The notes below the pieces were generated by a model. It saw nothing but the letters and a program-made list of their open reading frames with translations. It ran no database searches and was not told where the DNA came from. 64,000 nt of DNA from the human T2T-CHM13v2.0 reference genome, Homo sapiens, in assembly GCA_009914755.4 (NCBI GenBank), contig CP086569.2:11072001-11136000 (forward strand), written 5' to 3'. Position numbers and translations under genes: made by a program. Shown here piece after piece: positions 48,611-61,397 of this stretch. How positions within the stretch are numbered: the first letter of the stretch is position 1; every line of letters begins with the position of its first letter.

Positions 48611-49594
48611 TGCATTCCATTCCATTCCATTCCTTTCCATCCCATTCCATTCCATTCCACTTCCTTCCATTCCATTCAACCCCATTCACCTCCACTCCAC
48701 TCCACTCCACCCCACTCCATTGCATTCCATTCCATTACAGTGCACTCCACTGCACTCCATTCCATTCCACTTCAATCCACTCCACTCCACTCCTCTCCAT
48801 TAAATTCCATTCCATTCCACTCTATTCCACTCTTCTCCACCACACTTAACTCCATTCCATTCCATTCCATTCCACTCCATTCCATTCCATCCCACTCCAT
48901 TCCAGTCCATTCCACTCCACTCCACTCCACTCCACTATATTACTTTCCATTCCTCTCACTCCACTCCATTCCACTCCATTCCACTTCACTCCACTCCATT
49001 CCAGTCCACTCCACTGCATCCCACTGCACTCCACTGCATTCCATTCCACTCCACTCCATTCCCTTCCATTCAATTCCACCCCCTTCCACTCCACTCCATT
49101 CCACTCCCCTCTGTTCCATTTCACCCCACTCATTTCCATTCCTGTCAACTCCATTCTACTCCACTCTACTCCATTCCTTTCCTTTCTATTCCACTCCATA
49201 CCACTCCATTCCATTCCATTCTACTCCACTCAAATCCACTTCATTCCACTCCATTCCACTCCAGTGAACTCCTTTCCACTCCATTCCATTACCTTCCACT
49301 CCACTCCTCTCCGTTCCGTTCCATTCTACTCCATTCCACTCTACTCCACTTCACTCCACTCCAATTCACTCCGCTCCATTCCATTCCAATCCTTTCCACT
49401 GCATTCCACTTCACTCCATTCCATTCCATTCCACTCCACCCCATTCCACTCCTCTCCATTCCATTCCAATCCAGTTCAATCCGCTCCACCCCATTCCAAT
49501 CCACCCCACTGTATACCACTCCAATCCACTCCATTCTACTCCAATCCAGTCCATTCCATTCCATTTCTCTCCACTGTATTCCATTCCTTTCTTT

Positions 49595-49745
49595 CAACAG
49601 GATGTCACTGTGTTACCCAGGCTGGAGTGCAGTTACAGTATCTCAGCTCAAATTGAATGTCAACTTTCCATTGCGTTGCATTCTATTTCATTGCCTTACA
49701 ATGCTTTGCGTTGCATGGCATTCCATTGCATTGCAAAGCATTCCA
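49595..49745. repeat. Composite Alu-remnant + (GCATT)n segment, copy 3
   Basis: Same architecture, Alu remnant then attgaatgtcaactttccattgcgttgcattc… Further copies lie at about 50085-50215 and 51630-51790. Confidence 0.6.
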
Positions 49746-50996
49746 TTCCATTCCATTCCATTCCATTCCATTCCATTCCATTCCATTCCATTCCATTCCA
49801 TTCCATTCGTTTCCATTCCATTCCACTCCATTCCATTCCATTCCTTTCTTTAAACAGGATCTCTCTCTGTCACAAAGGCAAGAGTGCAGTGGCAGATTCT
49901 CAGCTTACATTTATTTTCACCATTCCATTGTATTCCATTCCATCCCATTCCATTCTACTCTATTTCACTCCACTCCACTTCTCTCCATTCCTTTCCAATC
50001 GACTCCATTGCACTCCATTCCAATCCACTCCACTCCACTCCATTCCATTCCATTCCATTTCACTCCATTGCATTCCATTCCTTCCTTTCGACAGGATATC
50101 ACTGTGTCACCAAGACTTAATTGTAGTGGCACAATCTCACCTCACATTACATGTCAACTTTCCATTGCATTGTATTCTACTCCATTGCATTCCATTGCAT
50201 TCCCTTCCATTCCTTTGTATTTCATTCCACTCCACTCCATTGCACTCCATTTCACTCCACTCCTTTGCTCTCCACTGCATTCCACTACATTCCTTTTCAC
50301 TCTACTCCATTCCACTCCAATAGACTCCACTAAACGCCACTCCATTCCATTCCACTCCACTCCACTCCAGGCCAATCCAGTCCACTCCATTCCACTCCAC
50401 TCCAATCCATTCCATTTGACTCCACTCCATTCCATTCCACTTCACTCCATTACAATCCTATCTACTCCACTCCATTCCACTCCACTCCACTCCATTCCAT
50501 TCCTGTCCAATCCACTCCATTCCTCTCCACTCCACCCCACTCCACTCCATTTCATTCCACTCTACTCCATTCCACTCCACTCCACTGGATTCCAATCCAC
50601 TCCACCCCACTGCATCCATTCCATTCCATTCCACTGCACTCCACTCCTCTCCATTCCACTCCATTCCATTCCATTCCACTCCATTCCACTCTACTCCCCT
50701 ACTCTCCACTCCAATCCACTCCACTCCTTTCCATTCCATTACATTCCACTCTATTCCACTGCTCTCCATCCCATTCCATTCTTCTCCTCCCCATTCCACA
50801 CCTCTCCACTCCTTTCCTCTCCTGTCCCATCCACTCTAACCCATTCCACTCCACCCCATTCCACTCCACCCCACTGCATTCCACTCCACTCCATGCCATT
50901 CCATTCCACTGCATTCCACTCCAATCCCCTCTACTTCACTCCACTCCACTCCTCTCCAGTACAGTCTGTTCCTTTCCACTGCATTAATTTCCATTC

Positions 50997-51060
50997 CTTT
51001 TTTTGGAAGGATCTCACTCTGTCACCCAGGCTGCTGTGCAGTGGCACAATCTCAGCTCAC
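50997..51060 (-). mobile_element. Alu 3'-terminal remnant, best-preserved copy
   Basis: tttttttggaaggatctcactctgtcacccaggctgctgtgcagtggcacaatctcagctcac is close to the AluJ/S antisense consensus TTTTTTTGAGACGGAGTCTCACTCTGTCACCCAGGCTGGAGTGCAGTGGCACAATCTCAGCTCAC. Confidence 0.75.
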
Positions 51061-52183
51061 ATTTCATTTCTCCTTTCCGTTCCATTCCATTCCACTGCAC
51101 TCCACTCCAACCCACTTAATTGCATTCCACTCCACTCCAATCCGTTACATTCCATTCCTATCCAATCCCTTACATTCCACTCCTTTCTTTTGAAAGTATA
51201 TCCCTCTGTCACCGATGCTGTAGCATAGTCATGCAATCTCAGCACACATTTCTTTTCACCATTCCATTGCGTTCCATTCCATTTCTCTCCACTCCCTTCC
51301 ACTGCTTTCCATTCCACTCCACTCAACTCCATTCCATTGCAATCCACTGCACTCGACTCCACTCAGTTTCATTCCATTCCACTCCATTCCCCTCCCCTCC
51401 TCTCCTTTCCATTCCAATCCTCTCCATTCCACTCCATTCCATTCCATTCCATTCCATTCCATTCAACTCGTTTTCACTCCACTCCACTCCACTCCTTCCC
51501 ATTCCACTCCATCCCATTCCATTCGACTCCATTCCACTCCACTCCACTCCTCTCTTTTCTAATCCACTTCATGCGATTCCATTCCATTCCATTCCATTTC
51601 AAACCGTTGCATTCCATTCCTTTCTTTTGAGAGGATATCACTATGTCACCCAGGCTGGTGTGCAGTGGTATAATCTCAGCTAACATTACATGTCAACTTT
51701 CCATTGCATTGCATTCTATTCCTTTGCTTTGCATTGCATTGCATTGTTTTCCATTACCTTGCATTCTATTCCATTCCGTTTCATTCCAGGGCATTCCTTT
51801 GCATTCCACTCCTTTCCATTCCATTCCACTCCACTCCATTTCACTCAACTTCACTCCACTCCATTCCATTCCATTCCATTACACTCACTCCACTCCATAC
51901 CATCCCACCCTTTCCACTCCATTCCACTCAATTCCAGTTCACTTCACTCCAGTCCAATCCACTCGATTCCACTTCAATCCATTCCGTTCCATTCCACTCC
52001 ATTCCATTCCACTCCACTTCATTCCATTCCACTCCACCCCATTCCATTCCAGTCCACTGCACTCCATCGACTCCATTTCATTCCATTCCATTCCACTCCA
52101 CTGCACACCACTCCATTCCATTACACACCATTCCTTTCCACTCCACCCCACTCCAATCCATTCTTGTCCACTCCACTCCAATG

Positions 52184-55100
52184 GGGGCATTGTTACATAT
52201 TTCTGCACTGATCACCCAGGTAATGCAACTGTTGTCTACACTCTGCCTACAGGGGCATTGTGACATATCACTACACTGATCCCACAGGTGATGAGACTCT
52301 TCTCCACGCTCTGCCTACAGGGGTCTTTGTGACATATCACTGCACTGATCACTCAGGTGATGGGACTCTTCTCTATACTCTGCCTAGAGGGGGATTTGTA
52401 ACATAGTTTTGCTCTGACCACCCAGGAGATGGAAGTCTTGTCTAGGCTCTATCTATGGGGGCATTGTGTCAAATATCCGCACTGATCATCGAGGGGATTT
52501 AACGTTGTCAAGGCTCTGTCTACAGGGATTTTTGTGGCATATCACTGCATTAATCACCAAGATGATGTAACTCTTCTCTAGGCTCTGTTTACATGGGCAT
52601 TTTCACCTATCACTGCACTGATCACCCAGGTGATGTAACCCTTGTCTAGGCTCTGCCTACCAGGGCTTTGTGACACATCTCTACACTGATCACCCGGGTG
52701 ATGTAAGTCTTTGTTGGATCTGCCTATGGGAGCATGCGACATATCTCTGCAGTGATCACCCAGGTGACAGGACCCTTTTCTAGGCTCTCTGTATGGGGGA
52801 TTTGTGACATATCTCCGCACTGATCACCAAGGTGATGTAACGTTTGACTAGGCTCTGCCTACTGGGGCATAGTGACATATCACTGCACTAATCACCGAGC
52901 TGATGTACCTCTTACCCAGGCTCTGCCAATACGGGGTCTTTTGACATATCTCTGCACTGATTGTCTAGGTGATGTTACTCTTGATTACGTTCTGCCTGCA
53001 GGGGCATTGTGAAATATATATTTACTGATCAAACAGGATATGTAACTCTTCTCTAATCTCTGTCTACAGGTGGCATTGTGGCATAACACTGCACTGATCA
53101 CCCAGGTGATGGGACTCTTCTCCAGGTTATGCCTACTGGGGACACTGTCACATATTTCTGCAGTGATCACCCAGGTGACGGACTTTTGTCTTGGATCTGG
53201 CTATGGGTGCAATGTGACATATCTCTGCATTGATCATCCAGGTCATGTAACTCTGGTCTAAGCACTGCCTAAAGGGACATTGTGACAGATCTCTGCACTG
53301 ATCACTCAGGTGATCTAACTATTGTCTAGGTTCTGCTTAAAGGAGCCTTGTCACATACCTCTGCACTGATTACCGAGGTGATGTAACTCTTGTCAAGGAT
53401 CTCCTTTCAGGGGGTATTGTTACACGTCTCTGAACTGATCACCTAAGTGATGTGACACTAGCGTAGGCTTTGCCTACAGGGGCATTTTGACATATCTCTG
53501 CACTGTTAACCGAGGTGATGTAACTATTTTCTAGGCTGTGACCACAGGGGGATCGAGACATATATCTGCACTAATCGCCAGGTGATCCAACTGTTGTCTG
53601 GGCTCTGCCTACTGGGGACATTGTGACATATCTCTGCACTGATCTCCCAAGTGATGTAACTTTTGTCTAGGCTCTGGCTACGCGGCATTTTGACATATCA
53701 CTGCACTGGACACCCAAGTGATATAACTCGTGTCTAGGCTCTGCCTACAGGGGGCCTGTGACATACCTCTGCACTGATCACCCAAGTGATGTAACTCTTG
53801 TCTGGGATCTGCCTGCAGGTTGCTTTGTGACATATCCCGTCAATGATCACCCAGGTGATGTACCACTTGTCAAGGCTCTGCCTACAGGGGCATTGTGAAG
53901 TATCTCTGCACTGATCACCTAGGTCATATAACCCTTGTCTAGGATCTCTCTGCAGTGGCATTGTGACATATCTCTGCAGTGATCACCCAGGTAATGTAAC
54001 TCTTGTCTAGGATCTGCCTATAGGGTGCTTTGTGACATTTCCCTGCAATGATCACCCAGGTGATATGCCATTTGTCTAGGCTCTGCCTACAGGGACATTA
54101 CGATGTATCTCTGAACTGATCACCTAGATCACGTATTTTTTTCTAGGTTCTGCCTACAGTGGCACTGTGGCATATCTCTGCAGTGATCACCCAGGTGATG
54201 TAACTCTTGTCTAGAATCTGACTACATGGTGCTTTGTGACATATCCCTGCAATGTTCACCAAGGTGTTGTACCACTTGTCAAAGCTCTGCCTGCTGGAGC
54301 ACTGCGACGTATCTCTACACTAATCACCTAGGTCATGTAATTCTTTTCTAGGATCTTCCAACAGTGGCATTGTGACATATCTCTGCACTGATCACCCAGG
54401 TGATGTAACACTTGTCTAGGATCTGTCTAAAAAGACTTTGTGACATAACTTTGCGCTGATCCCCCAGGTGAAGGGACTTTTGTCTATGCTCTGCTACGGT
54501 GGCATTGTGACATATCTCTACACTGATCACCCAGGTGTTGTAACTCTTGTGTTGGATCTGCCTACTGGGCATTGCGACATATTGCTGCACTGATCACCAA
54601 GGTGATGTGACTCTTGTCTTGTCTAGGCTCGGTGTATGGGGGATTTGTGACTTATCTCTGCACTGATTACCCAGGTGATGTAACGCTTGACTAGGCTCTG
54701 CCTACTGGGACACAGAGACAGATCATTGCATTGATCATCAAGCTGATTTGTCTGTTGTCCAGGATCTGTCTACAGGGGGCCTTGTGACGTATCTCTGCAC
54801 TGATCATCTAGGTGCTGTATCTCTTGCTTACGTTCTTTTTGCAGGGGCTTTGTGAAATATCTCTGTATTGATCAACCAGGTGATGTAACTCTTGTCTAGG
54901 CTCTGCCTACAGGGGGCATTGTGGAATAACTCTGCACTGATCACCCAGGTGATGTAACTCATCTGAGCTCTGCCTACAGGGGCCTTGTGACATATCACTG
55001 CACTAATCACCCCGGGGAGAGAATTCCTCTCTAGGCTCTACTTACAGGGGGCTTTGTGACCTGTCTCTGCAATGATCACCCAGTGATGTAACACTTGTCT

Positions 55101-58100
55101 AGGATCTGCGTTAAGGGACTTTGAGACATAACTCTGCACTGATCATCCAGGTGTTGGGGCTTTTATCTAGGCTCTGCCTACAGGGGCATTGTGACGTATT
55201 TCTGCACTGAACACCCAGGTGACGGACTCTTGTCTTGCATATGCCTATTTGGGATTTCTGGCATATCTCTGCACTGATCACCCAGGTAATGAAACTGTGC
55301 TATAAGCTCTGCCTACAGGGGAATTTTGAGAGATCTCTCCACTGTTCACCCAAGTGACGTAACTATTTTCTAGGCTTTGCCTACAGGGGGTTTGTGACAT
55401 ATCTTTGCACTGATCACCCAGTGATGTAACTCCTCTAAGCTCTTCCTTCAGGGGCCTTGTGACATTTCTCTGCCATGCTTACCCTGGGGAGAGAATTCTT
55501 GTCTACGCTCTGCCTACAGGGGTCTCTGTGACATATCACTGCACTGATCTTGAAGGTGATGTAACAGTTTTATAAGCTCTGCCTACAGAGTGTATAGTGA
55601 AATATATCTGCACTGATCACCTAGGTGATGTAACTCTTGTCTACCCTCTGCCTGCAGGGGGCATTGTGAAATATCTCTGCACTGATCAACTAGGTGACGT
55701 AACCCTTCTCTAGTCTCTGCCTACAGGGGCGTTTTGACATATCTCTGAACTGGTGACAAAGGTGATGTAACTCTTGCCTAGGCTTTGCCTGCAGGAGACA
55801 TTGTGACATATCTCTGCACTGATCACACAGGTGATGTAACTCTTGTCTAGTCTTTGCCTACAGAGGGCGTTGTGGCATATCTCTGTACTGATCTCTCAGG
55901 CGAGGTAACTCTTGTCTAGTCTCTGCCTACAGAGGGCATTGTGACATCACTCTGCAATGATCACCCAGGTGATGTAACTCTTGTCTAGGCTCTGCCTACC
56001 GGGGCATTTTAACATATCACTGCACTGATCACTGAGATGATGTAACTCTTGTATATGCTTCGCTGACAGGGGGCATTGAGACATATCTCTCTGTTGATCA
56101 CCGAGGTGATGCTAGTCTTGTCTAGGATCTGCCTGTAGAGGGCATTGTGAAATATCTCTGACCTGATCATCCAGGTGATGTAATTCTGGTCTAGGCTCTG
56201 CCTACTGGAGACACTGTGACTTATCTCTGCACTGATCACACAGGTGATGTAACTCTTGTCTAGTCTTTGCCTACAGAGGGCGTTGTGGCATATCTCTGCA
56301 CTGATCTCTCAGGTGAGGTAACTCTTGTCTAGTCTCTGCCTGCAGAGTGAGTTGTGACATCACTCTGCAATGATCACCCAGGTGACGTAACTCTTGCCTA
56401 GGCTCTGCCTACATGGATATTGTGACATGTCTGTTCACTGATCACCCAGGTGATGTAAATTTTGTCTAGTCTCTGCCCACATGAGGATTTTGATATATCC
56501 CTGCACTGATCACCGAGATGATGTAACTCTTTTCTGGGCTTTTCTGACAGGAGGCATTGAGACATATCTCTGCACTGATCACTGAGGTGATGCAACTCTT
56601 GTGTGGGCTCAGCCTACAGGGGGCATTGTGACATACCTCGGCCCTGATCACCCAGGTGATGTAACTCTTGTCTAGGCTCAGCCTAAAGGTGGTATTGTGA
56701 CATATCTCTGCACTGATAACCCAGGTGATGCAATTCTTCTCTAGGATCTGCCTACAGGGGCATTGTGACATATCTCTGCACTGATCACAAAGGTGATGTA
56801 ACTCTTCTTTAGGCTCTGCCTGCAAGGTGCTTTGTGAAATCAATCTGTATTGATAATCCAGGTGATGTAACATTTGTCTAGGCTCTGCCTAAGGGGGCAC
56901 TGTGACACATCTCTGCACTGATCACTGAAGTGATGTGACCCCTGTCTAAGTTCCCCCTATGGGTGCATTGTGAGATATCTCATCACTGATTCCCCAAATT
57001 ATGTAACCCTTTTCTAGGGTTTGCCTAAAGGGGGATTTGCCACATATGTCTGTACTGATCACCCAGGTGGTGTAACCCTTTTCTGGGGTCTGCCTACAGG
57101 GAAGTTGTGACATATCACTGCACTGATCACCCAGGTGATGTAACTTTTCTCTGGGCTGTACTTTCATGGGTCTTTGTGACATATCTCTGCACTGACCAAC
57201 TAGGTGATGTAACTCTTTTCTAGGCTTTTCCCGGAGGAGGCATTATTACATATCTCTACAATGATCACTGAGGTAGTGCAACTCTTGTCTACGCTATGCC
57301 TACAAGGGCATTGTGACATATCCCTACACTCATAACACAGGTGATGTCACTCTTGTCTAAGCTCTGCCAACCGGGGTCTTAGTGACATAACTCTGCACTG
57401 ATCACTCAGATGATGGTACTCTTCTCAATACTCTGACTAGAGGAGGATTTGTGACATATCCCTGCACTGATCACCCAGGTGATCGAAGTCTTGTCTAGGC
57501 TCTGTCTAAGGGGGCATTGTGTCAAATATCTGCACTGATCACCCAGGTGATGTAACTCTTTTCTAGGCTCTGTCTACAGGGATTTTTGTGATATATCACT
57601 GCACTGATGACCTCGATGACGTAACTCTTGTCTAGGCTCTGCCTACAAGGGCATTTTGACTTATCACTGCGCTGATCACCCAGGTGATGTAACAGTTGTC
57701 TAGGCTCTGCCTATAGGGGGCATTGTGACATATCTCTACACTGATCATCCAGGTGATTTAACTTTTGTCTAGGCTTTGACTGCAGTAGTTTTTGACATAT
57801 CTCTGCACTGATCACTGACGAGATGGAACACTTGTCTAGGCTCTGCCTAAATGGGCATTGTGACACATCTCTGAACTGATCAACCAAGTGATGTAACACT
57901 TGTCTAGGCTCTGCCTACAGGGCTTTGTGACATATCTCTGTACTGATCACCCAGGTAATGGGACTTGTGTCTAGGTTCTGCCAACGGGGGCATTGTGACA
58001 TATCTGTAAACTGATCACCCAGGTGATGTAACCCTTGTGTTGGATTTGCCTATGGTGGCATTGCGACATATTTCTGCACTGATCACCAAGGTGATGGGAC

Positions 58101-61100
58101 TATTTTCTAGGCTCTGCCTGTGGGGGCTTTGTGACTTATCCCTGCACTGATCACCCAGGTGATGTAACACTTGACTAGGCTCTGCCTACTGGGGCATAGT
58201 GACATATCACTGCATTGATCACTCAGATGTTGTAACTATTGTCTAGGCTCTGCTTAAAGGGGTCTTGTCACATATCTCTGCACTGATCACCCAACTGATG
58301 AAACACTTGTCTAGGCTCTGCCTACACGGGCATTGTGACACATCTCTGAACTGATCAACCAATTGATGCAACTCTTGTCTAGGCTCTGCCTACAGGGACT
58401 CTGTAACATATCTCTGCACTGATAACCCAGGTTATGGGACTTTTGTCTAGGCTCTGCCTATGGGGGAATTGTGACGTATCTCTACACTGATCACCCAAGT
58501 GATGTAACTCTTGTGTTGGATCTGTCTATGGGGGCATTGCGACATATTTCTGCCCTGATCACCCAGGTGGTGAGACCCTTTTCTAGTCTTTGTGTAGGGG
58601 GGCTTTGTGACATATCTCTGCACTGATCACACAGGTTATGTAACACTTGACTAGGTTCTGCCTACTGGGGCATTGTGAAATATCACTGCATTGTTCACTC
58701 AGATGATGTAACTATTTTCTAGACTGTCTAGGTGATGTAACAATTTTATAAGCTGAGCATATAGGGAATTTTGACAAACCTCTGCACTGATCACCTGGGT
58801 GATATACCTGTTGTATACCCTCTACCTACAGGGGGTATTGTGAAATATCTCCGCAATGATCACCTAGGTGATGTAACTGTTGTCTACCCTATGCCTACAG
58901 GGGGCATTGTGAAATATCTCTGCACTGACCACCAGGTGAGGCATCTCTTGTCTAGCATCTGCCTACATGGGATATTGTGAAATATCTCTGCACTGATCAA
59001 CTAGGTGATGTAACTCTTGCCTAGGCTCTGCCTACAGGGGCTTTTTGACATATCTCTGAACTGATGGCAAAGGTGATGAAACTCTTGCCTAGGCTTTGCC
59101 TTCAGGGGACATTGTGACATATCTCTGCACTGAGCACTCACGTGATGCAACTCTTCTCTATGCTCTGCCTACAGGGGGCATTGTGACATATCTCTGCACT
59201 GATCACCCAGGTGATGTAACTCTTTTCTAATCTCTGCCTACAGAAGGCTTTGTGACATCACTCTACACGGATCACCAGGGTTATGTAACTCTTGTCTACC
59301 GTCTGCCTACAGGGGGCATTGTGAAATATCTCGCACTGATCACCCAGGTGATGCAACTCTTGTCTAGGATCTGCCTGCAGGGGTTATTGTGAAATGTCTC
59401 CGCACTGGTCAACTAGGTGATGTAACTATTGTTTAGGCTCTGCCTACATGGGCGGTTTGACATATTTCTGAACTATGACAAAGGTGATGTAACTCTTGCC
59501 TAAGCTTAGCCTACAGGGGACATTGTGACATATCTCTGCACTGATCACCTAGGTGATGTATCTCTTTTCTAGTCTCTGCCTACAGAGGGGGTTGTGACAT
59601 CACTCTGTATGGATCACCCGGGTTATGTAACTCTTGTCTAGGCTCTGCCTATGGGGGCATTGTGACGTATCTCTGCACTGATCACCCAGGAGATGTGACT
59701 CTTGTTTAAGCTCTGCCTACAGGGGCTTTGGGAAATATCTCTGCACTGATCACTGAGCTGACATAACTCTTGTCTAGTCTTTGACTACAGTGGGATTTAT
59801 GACATATATCTGCATTGATCACCCAGGTGATGTAACTCTTGTCTAGGCTCTGCCTACTGGGATATTTTAACATATCAGTGCACAGATCACCGAGATGATG
59901 TAACTCTTGTATAGGCTTCACGGATAGGGGGCATTGAAACATAACTCTGCACTGATGACCGAGTTGATGCAACTCTTGTCTGGGATCTGCCTACAGGGGG
60001 CATTGTGACAAATTTCTGACTTGATCACCCAGGTGATTTTACTCTTTTCTAGGCTCTGCCTACTGGAGACATTGTGACTTATCTCTGCACTGATCACCCA
60101 GGTGATGTAACTCTTGGCTAGATCTGGCCACAGGGACATTGTGACATATATCTGCACTGATCACACAGGTGATGTAACTGTTGTCTAGTCTTTGCCTACA
60201 GAGGGGGTTGTGACATATCTCTGCACTGATCTCTCATGTGAGGTAACTCTTGTCTATTCTCTGCCTACAGAGGATGTTGTGACATCAGTCTGCCGTGATT
60301 GCCCTGATGATGTAACTCTTGTCTGGGCTCTGCCTACATGGACATTGTGACATGTCTCTGCACTGATCATTCAGGTGATGTAAATTGTGTCTAGGCTTTG
60401 CCCACAGGGGCATTTTGACATATATCCACAGTGATCACCGAAATGATGGAACTGTTGTGTAGCCTTTGCCAACAGGAGGCATTGAGACATATCTCTGAGC
60501 TGATCACTGAGGTGATGCAACTCTTGTCTGGGCTCTGCTGACAGGAGGCATTGAGACATATCTCTGCACTGATCACCGAGGTGATGCAACTCTTGTCTGG
60601 GCTCTGCCTACAGGGGGCGATGTGACATATATCTGTCCTGATCACCCAGGTGATGTAACTCTTCTCTAGGCTCTGCTTAAAGTGGGTATAGTGACATATT
60701 TCTGCACTGATCACCTAGGTGATGTAACTCTTTTCTAGACTCTGCCTACAGGGGCATTTTGACATATCTCTGAAGTGATCACTGAGGTGATGTAACTCTT
60801 GTCTAGGCCTTGCCTACAGGGGGCATTATAACATATCTGTGCACTGATCACCCAATTGATGTAACTCTTGTCTAGGCTCTGCTTTCAGGGGGTATTGTGA
60901 GATATCTCTGCACTGATCACCCAGGTGATGAAACTCTTGTCTAGGCTCTGCCAACAGGGGCATTTTAACATATCACTGCACTGATAACTGAGATGATATA
61001 ATTCTTTCATAGGCTTCGCCGACAGTGGGCATTGAGACATATCTCAGCGTTGATCGCCAAATGATGCAACTGTTTTCTGGGATCTGCCTAAAGGGGACAT

Positions 61101-61397
61101 TTTGATATATCTCTGATCTGATCTCCCAGGAGATGTAACTCGTGTCTAGTCTCTGGCCACAGGGACATAGTGGCATATATCTGCACTGATCACACAGGTG
61201 ATGTAATTTGTCTAGTCTTTGCCTACAGGGAGCGTTGTGAAATATCTCTGCACTGATCTCTCAGGTGAGGTAACTCTTGTCTAATCTCTGCCTACAGAGT
61301 GCTTTGTGACATCAGTCTGCAATGATCACCCAGGTGATGTAACTCTTGTCTAGGCTCTGCCAACATGGAGATTTTGACATGTCTCCGCACTGATCAC
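52184..61397. repeat. Beta satellite (about 68-bp Sau3A family) array, orientation A
   Basis: About 135 tandem monomers of about 68 bp, each with …ctgcactGATCAcccaggtgatgtaactcttgtctaggctctgcctacagggggcattgtgacatatct… The GATC site typical of beta satellite is present in most monomers. It begins abruptly after the last CATTC-type pentamers at 52183. Confidence 0.85.

Larger units (their letters stand above)
4839..52183. repeat. HSat3-type (human satellite III) pentameric satellite array, (CATTC)n/(CCATT)n on + strand = (GGAAT)n on - strand
   Basis: About 47 kb of degenerate CATTC pentamers with variants (CACTC, CATTG, CAATC and others), one uniform orientation, about 40% GC. It is interrupted only by short recurring non-pentameric motifs, mainly the Alu remnants annotated below. 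Confidence 0.9.

Noticed and set aside
4839-52183. Possibility that the array is HSat2 rather than HSat3, or contains alpha satellite or CENP-B boxes
   Set aside because: The repeat is dominated by clean CATTC pentamers rather than the more degenerate 23/26-bp HSat2 structure. No 171-bp AT-rich monomers and no CENP-B box (TTCGTTGGAAACGGGA) were seen. The 10-bp CAACCCGAGT-type HSat3 insert was also not seen, so the subfamily assignment stays open.
4775-52279. Dozens of long ORFs on both strands across the satellite (e.g. 5125..7743 872 aa, 38995..41145 716 aa, 20820..22877 685 aa, 11141..13078 645 aa, and many MEWNG-type minus-strand ORFs)
   Set aside because: These are translations of a pentamer repeat. 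CATTC reads as the H-S-I-P-F cycle in all three frames, and GGAAT reads as G-M-E-W-N in all three. Neither contains a stop codon, so ORFs end only at variant pentamers. The proteins are pure low-complexity (HSIPF/LHSTP, MEWNG) with no domain-like regions. They are not genes.
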